A stretch of 44,715 bases of DNA, taken from assembly GCA_000934665.2 (NCBI GenBank), contig KZ538180.1, positions 62,001 through 106,715 on the forward strand, given 5' to 3'. Each line of letters starts with the position of its first letter. The first letter of the stretch is position 1. The notes beneath the pieces are model-generated. The model ran no database searches and was not told the DNA's origin. It saw only the letters and a list, made by a program, of their open reading frames with translations. Below are positions 1-10,695 of the stretch, piece after piece. This DNA comes from Catajapyx aquilonaris (Eukaryota). Position numbers and translations under genes: made by a program.

Positions 1-225
1 GCAGCGGATGAAAGGCTCTTATTTTGACTGATCCTTGCATCGTTGCATTAATTCAGTCTCTTTATCTAACATTATGCACGGATTTTGCAGTGGAAAGTTA
101 TTTCATGACTCAAAATCTCGAGGCTTGTGACAACAATGTTATAGTGCTTTTGCTAACGCTGCTTTAATAACACTTCCAAATTCTTGGGCTTTTCATCGCG
201 CAAGACAGGTTAATTTCCTAAACAA

Positions 226-378
226 ATGAAGTTGGAAGAACTTTCGTTACGCACTTTAGGGGTAGTATTTCCCAGAGCTTTTCCACCCCTACACCCGTCC
301 TCCCCAGCTTACTTAATTCCCAAGCTCTACATTTAAACCCACGATTTCCTCTCCTTGAAATTACTCTTCCAACTTCAT
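226..378. repeat. 14-bp perfect inverted repeat with 125-bp spacer (possible MITE relic)
   Basis: ATGAAGTTGGAAGA (226-239) and TCTTCCAACTTCAT (365-378) are exact reverse complements. A smaller internal pair TAGGGGT...ACCCCTA lies at about 257-291. Confidence 0.5.
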
Positions 379-1502
379 CCAGCATGCACGCTCACAATCG
401 CCATCCGGCCATTCCTTCCACTTCATCTGAGCTAAAATATTGCCAGTAAATGTGGGTGACTGACGAGCATGTCGAGACCTAGGAAGCAACGCGGATGTCT
501 ACTGTCATAAGAACGGAACGAAAAGAAGGAAGGGAGCAATATATATAAGCCTTAATTCAATATTGGAGTAATAATCGTTTCCAAACTGGGGATCTTACTA
601 TACCTTACATAAACCCATAAAAAGATAAGATGAATCGCACCCAGCGCCCACGATCAAGCGTGTAATTTTGCAAGCCATAATATGCATCAGTATAGTAGTT
701 CGCTTGTAATTAGAATGTCAAGAGAGCACTGGATTATGCATGATAACCCACAAGCACGTTATTAGGCTTGATTGTACAAACAATTCACATTCACGGGATC
801 GAGTTTTAATGGAGAACTCGCACACTCGCTAAAAATGAGTTATGGCCAACGTAACGAAAGCTTCGTGTTGAAGACATTTAAAAACATTGTTTCATTTTGT
901 TTAATGTCTTCTCTGATGACTAAAAATAATCGCCTTCCCCCACTGCCATGTTATGAAAATCTGAAATGTGTTGTGGACCATCATGTGTGTCTCATTGCTT
1001 CATTTTAAATATACCATTACCACTTTGTGCATTGTAGGCCACCTGCCTACTTATGTGCGCATAATTGTAGCACATTGTGTTAATTATCCTACGTCTCATT
1101 TTCCAGGAATATTGCGGCAATTTTTGTTGTTATGCTGCGTACCTGTTACTAATCCAAAAAATATTGATCAATCCGCCTCACCTATAGCATAATATGCTTC
1201 GGTATAAACACTAGCGTACACAAAAGTTCCAGCACTCTCCTGTGTATAGTACAGTGTATTGGCTGTCAACAGTGCTGCACGCCATCCAATTTCCAATCAG
1301 AATTAATCCGCCATTTGTTAATTAATAAGGAATTAATTCCAGACTGAGGAATAACAATGAAGAATGGAGCGGAGTTGAACGCCCAATCGTGTTTGGAATA
1401 CACACCAGCAGCGAGCGGTCAAGATATTTAATCAAATTAATTCAGCTCCGAATCGAATCCGCATCAGCAGCCAACCCAACACATAATCACATTTGAAAGT
1501 GA

Positions 1503-1525
1503 GGGGTGGGGATGGGAGGGGAGGG
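1503..1525 (+). other. G-quadruplex-forming motif
   Basis: GGGGTGGGGATGGGAGGGGAGGG has five G-runs of 3 or more with 1-2 nt loops. Confidence 0.55.
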
Positions 1526-1716
1526 AAAAACCCAAATGATATCGCGACTGCTGCCCGGCACGGTTGGTTAGCCTCGAGTCTACCATTCCTGCATATCAGG
1601 TGCCCGTATAATTTTCTGGAGGCTAGGCAAGTGCCAGTCTAACATGCTGCTAGCCTGGAATTTCCCCGGCCGAAATAGGCCTACCGCTTTTCCACAGCTT
1701 ATTTGCATTCCCACAG
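1523..1716. promoter_or_regulatory. Candidate enhancer with Rel/NF-kB-like, E-box, octamer and Su(H)/CSL motifs
   Basis: GGGAAAAACCC (1523-1533), CAGGTG (~1597), GGAATTTCCCC (1657-1667), and ATTTGCAT (1701-1708) overlapping TTCCCACAG (1708-1716). Motif match only. Confidence 0.25.
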
Positions 1717-2215
1717 CAAGCCTTCGCCAGCTCCAAAACCATTTTCCCCGGGTTTCTGGAACCTCCCTCGAGGGAACTCAGACAGCCCAGGATTAGGACT
1801 GCCAGCACTGATCATTCGCATCACACATCTCATCTCTTATCTCCCAGGATGGACAGACAGGCCGATAAGCCACTGAAACCACCTCAAATTGTTTTTTTCG
1901 CCGAAGAAAAAAAGAGGTGAGAAAATACCTTGTGGGCTTACATTACTTGTGACTTTCAGATGGTATTGTCTGCGGATCCTGTATTTTATAGATCCAATAA
2001 AAAGGGGAAGGGGAGAGGGAGAGTTATGAGCGGTCCATTCCTTGAAGTGATAACGTACTTTGCTCTTTTAGGTGACAGGAATAAATTTTAGGAGAGGAGA
2101 AAAGAGACGGGAGGGGATGGGACGTATATGGAGCATCGAGGCGGGACGAGATAAATTTATTTGCATCACTTCCGAACATTGTGCATAAAATCGAAAAATT
2201 TAAGATGCTAAAATA

Positions 2216-2502
2216 GCACAGGGTGGTACACTTCTCAAGTGAACACATCAAGATCTATGGGTATGTTTGAGCATGCGCGACTAATGTGCGAAGAATGATA
2301 GATCTGACGTCATCACAGTTTCCATGAAAATACCCTCTCAGAACAATGTGAGTAAACAGTGTCAACAAAAAGCAACAATGGAAGAAACGATGACGTCAGA
2401 TCGTTCTCTCGTTTTCCGTACATTACGTAAGTATAGAGAGAATAATTCATCACGCAAACCCGGCTATTGGAGGTGTTTACTGAACACTGTATCACTTTGT
2501 GC
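2216..2502. mobile_element. Degenerate fold-back (MITE-like) palindromic element
   Basis: Nested inverted matches: GATCTGACGTCATC (2301-2314) with GATGACGTCAGATC (2389-2402) is perfect. 2282-2295 vs 2412-2425 matches 11/14. 2259-2270 vs 2450-2461 matches 9/12. 2238-2251 pairs with 2467-2481, and GCACAGGGTGGTACA (from 2216) with TGTATCACTTTGTGC (to 2502). Confidence 0.7.
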
Positions 2503-3391
2503 ACTAATATTGTTTGGCAGCAGCGTGGCGGAAAATTTGCAATAAGTTTCATAATATAATTATATTGGCTAATATGTAGCGAATTATTCATCCGCGCGTT
2601 ATTTGCAAATAGTGAGGATAAACTACTGTGCCACGCATGTAACTGCCACACGAGTTTGAAGCTCGCTTGCACAAACTAATTGAGGACGTCAATGGTGCGG
2701 TAATAAAATAAGAATCGCGTTTCAAAATGTGGACGGCGGCACGAATATCGTGTCAAAAATCGTGACGGGGGACGTGCCATGTATCTCCACAGGTGGCTTA
2801 TTAGTAAATAGAAATCCGCATGTTCATTGCAGTAAAGAGCAATATTGTTCAGACCAGAATTTCCCGGAACATGTCCACCTGCACGACTTGCATGAACCGT
2901 ATCTTCTCACTATGCGTCAAACAATGACGCATTTGTATAGGTGTCACCTTTGCCTCAGCTGGGACGTCACTGTCCCCAGCGATTGTCACAGGTAATGGTT
3001 AGAAAGCATCAGCATAAAGTGGACCCTTTTAAAATGGATGGTGTGAGATGGCATCTACTGACAAATAATGCTCCGGCTTATTGGACCCCATTAATAATTC
3101 CTCTCATGTAGGGAAAAAAAGTGCCTCTGTAATAATGGAGACCAATTACAGGGATGGGAGGACTAAGACCACTGCTTTCGACATGACCATAGTGGATAAT
3201 ATACAGTACAGTACTGGAGCCCACTCATTGCACAGGCTTTTTTGCCAGTGTATTGATAGCATACATGAAAGCTAGTGGCATCATCAGGGGATCATGAAAA
3301 TTTCATGCTCCCAACTAAAGTGAAATTTTACCACTAATTGTGATGACCAAAAATTTGGGGCGGAGGCATGGATGGTAAGCTACTCATTGCA

Positions 3392-3409
3392 TTTTGGGAC
3401 ACCACTGTA
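3392..3409 (-). mobile_element. Possible solitary Tc1/mariner-like terminus
   Basis: The minus strand reads TA-CAGTGGTGTCCCAAAA, resembling TA-flanked CAGTG Tc1/mariner ends. I found no partner end. Confidence 0.25.
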
Positions 3410-4990
3410 TGGTTACCATATATTGCCTCAAATAGTTGCTTAGCATGTTGTTTTATTAGCTGGCACTTTAAAAAGCTAGCATCATTTCCATGGACAACTG
3501 TAAATAATATATGGATGTATAAAACAGCAATTAAAGTTATAATTGACCTGCAGTAAAATACTGCACATTGATTTTAAACGAGACTCACCGCCACTTAACG
3601 AGAGAAAGATTGTAAAAGTACGCCGAATTTAACATTGTTAAGAAGATTTAACTGTGGCAAAATACTCGTAGTAAGATTATCCCTATGCATTGATCAATTA
3701 TATTCAAGAAATGCTACTTTATATTAGGCTACTCGTTAATATGCACTGTAATAACTAGAATGCTCTGCTTTGCATTAACTCTGAGAATACAGTTCACAAG
3801 AGACTCAAAGTACAATGCCAGCAGTTGTACTTCATAAGTAATTGATTCATTACTCCCTTGACAGAAACTGTTACATGATGAAGACTTTCATCTTAATAAC
3901 TTAAAACTCTGCACTAGTGACAGGTAAATGTCAAGTGGTAAAATCCTCTTTGGAAGTTCAACTGACACAGATCTCGTCCTTCGCATTTATTCGGATAATA
4001 TCTTCCTCGTTACTCACATACACTGCAATATTATATTAATTTGAACATATTTCTTTGAATATAACAATTTCAGCGATGGGTTGCATGTGGTATTCTGCGT
4101 TCATAGAGCATGACTTAACATTGCTGAGCCATAGCAACACCGTGCCCCACGAATAATGGAGAAGTTGGGTGAGAATCGCAATGCACTGTGTTTCTGGCTG
4201 GGTGGTGTCATTGGTAAGACTAGCGCTAGAGCTGATTTTATGCAGCCATTGTCCCTACAAGCAGCGGCGATTACCCCAGTCGGAATTCTATCGGCAATCT
4301 TGCTAGCCTCAGAATTTAATTTCACATTCGGCATCTGTGTTTCCGTTTGATAAACTGCAACTATTTGGAATGGAGGCTGCTTGGAAGCAAAGAAAACAAT
4401 TCACTCCTTCCCCCCCTATCGGATGCAAAATACCTAACCCAGCCATGTCTCAAGCCGAATTTCTCTGCTTGCTCCTAAACTCAAGACCTGTTAAATTTGA
4501 CAGCTAGAATTTAATATATGCCTGCTGTGGGAACCTGAAGCACTGCTCTCGGTAGTATCATCGCCGATATTGAACTCCGGCGCCTGGGAGACTTTTAATA
4601 ATTCACGCCCTCCCCACCCAAATCCCTGCAGAATGTCTAGGGGCTTTGCTTCATTTCAGCTGCAACACTTCAAACTAAGCCAGCGCGCCGCAGGCTTCGC
4701 CAAATGAAAAGCTTGTACCTTTCTCACCACAAGTCCCAGCACCTTTCCAGAAAGTAAAAAAAAAATGTCGTTCTCTCGGAGGGGGCTGGGAGGACCAAAT
4801 TACTCAGAATTGCATGAAACTTGCCACTTCACTTAAGCTCGAGCTCCCTTACCAAAGAAGCACGCACCCATGTAATTATATCCTACAGGTAAATTTCAAA
4901 CTCGTGTATAGTTATTGACATCATTATTAAATTATTGTGAAGTTTGTGCGGAAGATTAAGGAGAACTTTCAACAAGCAAGAGCAAGCTAC

Positions 4991-5332
4991 TTACAGATGA
5001 GTTTCATATCTGCGCACATTTCCTCGAAAACTAAACAATTAGACGTATCCTGCAATGTGATCTGTTACGCAAGAGCATATATCAACCTCTAGAAATACGC
5101 GTAGTTTAATTCATGGGTCATATTACCAAGCTCAAATCAGATGATCAAATCAACATCAGTGGGGCTACACATTCATAGACAGGAGGCTTCTTATAAGTGA
5201 GTTTCATCTACGCACACGTCCTCGCAAAGAGGTATAACAATCAGACATATGCTAATGCATGACCTCTTACGCAAATGATTGTCGACTCTCTTGAAACAGT
5301 TTAATTCATGCGTCATATTACCAAGATCAAAT
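4991..5332 (+). repeat. Diverged tandem duplication, ~200 bp period (two copies plus a short third remnant at 5550-5567)
   Basis: 4991-5137 aligns with 5191-5332 (TGAGTTTCAT..CGCACA..TCCTCG..AACAAT.AGAC..TTACGCAA). The terminal 35 nt match at 33/35 (AGTTTAATTCATGSGTCATATTACCAAGMTCAAAT). Confidence 0.85.
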
Positions 5333-7000
5333 GTTTCATTTCGCCTTGGCTTTAACAATGCATCTAGTCCCCTATGCACATAAATCATTGAAGACCAGAC
5401 CTGCGGGTAAAGCTGAATTTCCGACGTGGCTCACAATCAATCATGAGCATATACTGGTGGAGCCCTGCGACATAAATTTAACTCACCTCAGGCACGTTAA
5501 ATAAATACTTCTATAGTGGTCCTTAACAAATCTGCCTACACCGTCCCTTGGTCATATAGCAAGCTCATCTTTTCTTGCTTCAAGGCACCGAATGTACGTA
5601 GAAATAGAATGAGAGTGTACAGTACAGTCTAACTTGAAGGTTAATGAATCGCAGTAGAATTCCCAGGTCGTAGTGACTGTTTAACTGGGCGAAATTCCTA
5701 GGTGTCAGCAAGCAGAAATGGCTGGAATATGTATTGGAGCGTGAAAAACAAGGTTGGAGACAGCAAGTCCTTATTAGGCTCCCTGACAAATAGGCTCCAT
5801 TCACATGTATGACTGTTGCTGCCGAGCGGAGTGAACCGAAGCGATGCGTTGCCAGGAGGTATACGGTATATAGGAAAGTTCTAGGGGAGAATTCGACGAC
5901 GAAACAGCCTCGAGGGGGCAAAACCGTTGCTGATAAACTGCTATTAAGCCCTGGTGATGTATAGTCTGTTGAGACGGCGCAGAAAATGGTTGAATTTGTG
6001 CCCCATCGGCGAAGATGTTCCAGGACATTGACTTCCCCCCCTTTCAACACCAGTTTGCAAAAGGATTCAATGAGGCAACTCAATAAAGTATAGGCCCCGT
6101 TTTTTTACCTCCTACAGCTTCAATATGCAAATGAGTTTAGGACACTCAATTAATGAACTCGCCCATTTAAGTCGCACTATTTTGCTTGTTGAACAGCCCT
6201 CCGGCGACAGCAGCTCCTGATAAAATGCCATCGGTGGTGTTCGTCTTCTTTAGTTCTACATAAGCTTTTTTTTACTCCATGGCTTCTGCGGAAACCATTG
6301 GAGTGTCTGACAAAAAGAACAAGCTGGAGGAAGGGCAACAAATCCTACGACGTGCAATCACACAAATGTGCCTGGGATGGCCGGAGACCAACCATTTCGA
6401 ATCCGCGGCCCTCTCCCCGTAAACAAGAGTGGAAGCGGCCAAACTAATCCTCCCAGGCGGCCTTACCAGCTCTTTCCCAGAACTTGTTTCCTTTCTTGCG
6501 AGTCTCGTCAGCGTCAGCGATTCTCTCTCCGCAGTTGGCCTTTTCCACACACATCTCCAATGGCATTCAAAGTCGATTCCTTACTCAAGAAATATACTGT
6601 TCTTCCTACTCGATTCTACACCGCTGCTTTTCAGCACAGAAAGCCACAAAAAAATAGTGAACTCCACCTATGTAGGCCTATCCGGACTGGTCAAAGGAAA
6701 AAAGCTGTTGTTTACACCAAAAGTTTAAAACACAACTTTCTGCCATATGTTGTGTAATTGTTGCTTTTTTTAAAAAAACTAGGACACTGCTAACCTATAC
6801 GTATATGGCTTTATTTATTTTACAGAGCTTTGCGGACACTTTCGCTCTTTTTGTGCTTACAAGCGGGAATATTATTATTTCACAAACCCACCAATCAGTG
6901 CGTATAGAGTGGTCTGATGAAAGCAAGTAAACAGAGCGGAGGCATCAAAGTCACTGACCACGTTTCATAAAATCCGGGTTCAGTGCGCCGCAAAACAACA

Positions 7001-7248
7001 CATCCTCCTGGCTGTTAATTTTGTAGTAACCCAATTAACATGGGTTACGTGCCATTTATGAGGCTCTAACGCCACTGACCAAATTTCACCCCCAAATCTG
7101 GATGCCTTACTCCACAAAGTAATAACAATAGGGCACGTCCATACTCCCTGTTAATTCCGGTAGGCCTAATTAACCGTGTTTACTTGCCATTTATGAAATA
7201 ATCAATCATCCCGTATTTGTTTGCTTTCGACCAATTACGCATAATTGG
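7001..7248. promoter_or_regulatory. Candidate cis-regulatory module built from a duplicated ~60-bp homeodomain-motif unit
   Basis: 7001-7061 and 7140-7196 share CATMCTCC..CTGTTAATT..AATTAAC..TTAC.TGCCATTTATGA. They are followed by ATCAATCA (reverse complement TGATTGAT, 7201-7208) and the palindrome CCAATTA-cgca-TAATTGG (7231-7248). The duplication is directly visible; function is inferred. Confidence 0.5.
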
Positions 7249-10200
7249 GGCCAGCCACTAGACTGTAACCTAATTTGCCACTTTTTTAAATACCCGCCAA
7301 AAATGCTGACAGGTTAGTTATGATCAGATAACCCGATGACCCATATTTCTCGCCCTGATTAGAACCATCAAATTTTATTTTTTAAAAAATCCAAAAAATC
7401 GACTCTCACCCATCGCTTCAAGTTTTAGAAATCGACGCATTTGGAAGCTTCGAAAGTACATGGCTGCCTTTCTGACATCCGACTCTCCCATGCAGTGACT
7501 GCTGCCAGGAGCAATGAAAGCAAAATCGTGTACTTTCGCACCACAGGACCCGAGCTCCTACTGACCATTTCCGCTTCTTGCAACTCCCGTGATAAAGGGA
7601 GAGAGAGAGGCTGTGGGGGAAAAGAGTGAAAAAGCTCTGCTTCTCTTACACCCACGATCTGGACCAAATCCATAAAGGCGACTTATGCTGAGCCATGGGA
7701 TTCAGGATAGTCCAAGAAAAAACCAACACTTTTGATTTCTAGTAAAATGTTAAAAAATACATTAAAAAATATATACATAAGCAGAATTTTATGTAACTAG
7801 AGCTGTGAGGATGCTAGAGTATCCTGCGCGAAGTGTCAACGTCATTTACAAGGGAGACAAACTGCAACGAGAGACGTGGAACAACGCATAATTTAGAGTA
7901 GCTTTTGCAATTCAATCAGCCAACATAAGGTAATTGACAGACTCATTTTCAGGGTACATACAGTCGCAAGCCGGAGCTCAATTAGCGCCCAGACTAATTA
8001 GGGGGTTTTGTGAGCGATCAATCGGGCGTCCACGCTTTTAACAACTTGGCGCCGAATAATTTGCGAGTGACTAAAAGAATGTATGACCGCAAGGCCAGTC
8101 GACGTTCTTAGCATAACTGTGTACGGATAATCTCAAAATTAGGAAAAAAAGCATATTGGTGTCTGAACATCAAATGAATGAGAGAGTGGCTCACAGCTAA
8201 AATCCCCCGGAGCTCATCAGGACGCGTTGCAAAATCGGACCGAAATGAGATGCGATTGCTCATTTGTCTTTCCCTGTGCTCATTTTCATACGTACTTATA
8301 ATCCGCCGTAATGCAATGCATATTCCATCTCTGCATTTTAGCCTATAGGTCCGGGACTGATGTGAGTGACCCTTTTCCGACCATTAATTGCCTAAACTAT
8401 CAACGTTGGAGCAAAGTACAATCTGGCCCAGATCCAAGAGTGTATTATCTGCTACAACCTCTTTTACTTGAACCTTATCCTTCCTTTTAGAAGCACCCGA
8501 GCCACGCAGAGGATCGATTATCATATAAAAACAGTCTCTGCACTGGAAATAGATGTGGACCCTCAGAGCACAAAGTTTCGAGTTAGTGTAGCTGGTCCTA
8601 TGGCTCCCATTTCGCAAATGTCGCGGGGCTAGCTGAAACTGTAACCCAAAAAGGAAGCTCAGGGCAACAAAATGGGCAAGGTCATGCGGCCCGAATTAAA
8701 AGCAGTGGTCGTTTTTCTTAGTATGAAATAACCGCAAAAAAATTGTTTTATTTGCCATTTACTGGTTTGTATTATGGCCGAGATGCAGTAAAACGAATGC
8801 CCAGCCCTTAATTCGGAAGAAGAGTCATTTTAGAGCAGTAAACTTCAACAATGTTTCATGCACTGTAATACTTAATATTTTGCAATTAGTGCACTGTCAG
8901 ATTTTTTAGCCAGATTTTTGATGTGTGCGTATGTGCGGTTAGTGTGTGGAGTTTTGTACATATCCAAATGGTAAATAAATTCTGACTAATTATCTTCATG
9001 CAGCCATTTAGTCGAAAACCGCGTGAATGCTATTATATTGCACTGAGCTTCATTATGCCTGTTTTGAGCATACGTTTCCCACCAACCCACATATATCATG
9101 GCATTACACAGTTTTGTCTTTATTTGATATTTTTGTGACATGTCGACTATATAGAGGCTTACTGTATATAGGCAAGGCAAAATTAAACGCATTTTTACCC
9201 GTCCACGGTTAGGAAAATTGAAGCAACATGTGGCACATACTTGTGCAGTTAACACTGATTTAACCCGTTCGTTCTAGTCCTATCCACCCAAAAATCATAT
9301 TTCCCACCATCCTCATTTTCTTTTAGTGTGGAGGCGGTGGGCAAAATGGCATCAACTTTGATTTGTGAGGTCGCGGCCGACCGAAGCCCAAGAACAGGCC
9401 AGGCTCCACAGGCCTGCAGGGATGGCGGTGAATCCCATCTCCTCTCATCCAGAGCGAAATGTCCTCCCCAAACCACCCTCCCTACAATGGAATCCTGGGA
9501 TGAGTTCCAAGGTCTTGACGCATCAAACTATATCACAGGGGGTTGGGCCTTCTAGAGCAAAGTCTCCCTCCCCCCCAAAAAATGGTATAAAAGGCCATCT
9601 CGACAAAGAATCGTCCTGCCCCGGAAATTGATTCCCTGCAGAGCCACCCTAATTTGGCTCCAGATTTCCGGCTGTTTGCATAAACCATATTTTTTTTTCT
9701 CTTCCATCCTGCGGAGAATGTGGTATCACGCACATTAAAGTTTTGGGCAAGATGGCTCCCTCTGGCTCTGTCTTGAGTCTCACCTCGACTGTTGGCAAGA
9801 GATGCGAGGCTGGCTGCCTGCCATTTCTTTTCTGGCTCCCCCCAACTGCCGACAAGAGCAGCCCCTTTAGGACGATGGAGCTGCTGGGGAGTCGAAGAAA
9901 AGCCCCTATTGAACACGAGCAGAAAAATAAAGGGGGCTCCTCATGCGATAGGAGAACCAGGAGAGGAAGTTCTGGGGAATGTTTGAAGCCGCAAAAGACG
10001 GCAGGGGGGTTCAACTCGCTGCTCGTGTCTGCGCCAATAAACTGCCTTACTCCTAATTCTCCTGTAAAGAGGTCGCGCTCCAATACGGATGGGTGCCGAT
10101 AAAGAGATGCCGCGGGATGACTAAAAAATGGAGGGGTGAGGCATGAATATGAGGATGAGAAGAGTCGATCATTGCCCTCCGAATGGGAGTTTGCTATCTC

Positions 10201-10403
10201 GGGACAGATTACGGCTCATTTGTCCGCAGAAACATTTATTGGATGGGTAGGTACGGACGGGGATTTTCCATTTTGTACGGGACGATAAACGCTGGGTGCT
10301 GTTATTTGTCCTACAATTACCAGTGGACAGAGGAGCACGGGGAACCAAGTAGACGTGGTTTATTTAAATAATAAAAGTGGACAGTGAGCTAAATGAATTT
10401 ATG

Positions 10404-10695
10404 GGCGTGATGTCACAGGTGTGAACAATGCTGGAAGGGTGAGCGGAAAATATGAGCATTTTTTAAGCGAATGCTTAACGAGATGACATTTAACGAGTAT
10501 GAAGATATACGCTATGCTCTAAAAATGTACGGTGAAAAACTGTTCTGCAAGCAATAATCTCTGATTTCATGCGTATAGCTATAGTTGTTTAGTAATATTC
10601 GCAAAATTCTGTAACGAGCATGCACTTCACTCCACTCTCTGCATTTTTCTCGAATTTTGTGGAATTTTTGCATGAACATTGTGAGGACATCCGCC
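10404..10695. mobile_element. Possible highly decayed fold-back element
   Basis: Short inverted matches share a centre at about 10535-10550: GGCGTGATGTC (10404) with GACATCCGCC (to 10695), ACAATG with CATTGT, GCGAAT (10467) with ATTCGC (10597), and TATACGCTATG (10506) with CATGCGTATA (10568). Confidence 0.3.

Noticed and set aside
5580..6083. 167-aa ORF on the minus strand, and similar 120-165 aa ORFs at 6368, 9649, 19390, 27385, 29353, 29741 and 41826
   Set aside because: Lengths are compatible with chance when alternative starts are allowed. I see no motifs, and many cross homopolymer runs.
9586..9593. Perfect TATAAAAG box
   Set aside because: No initiator-like sequence about 30 nt downstream and no convincing gene follows.
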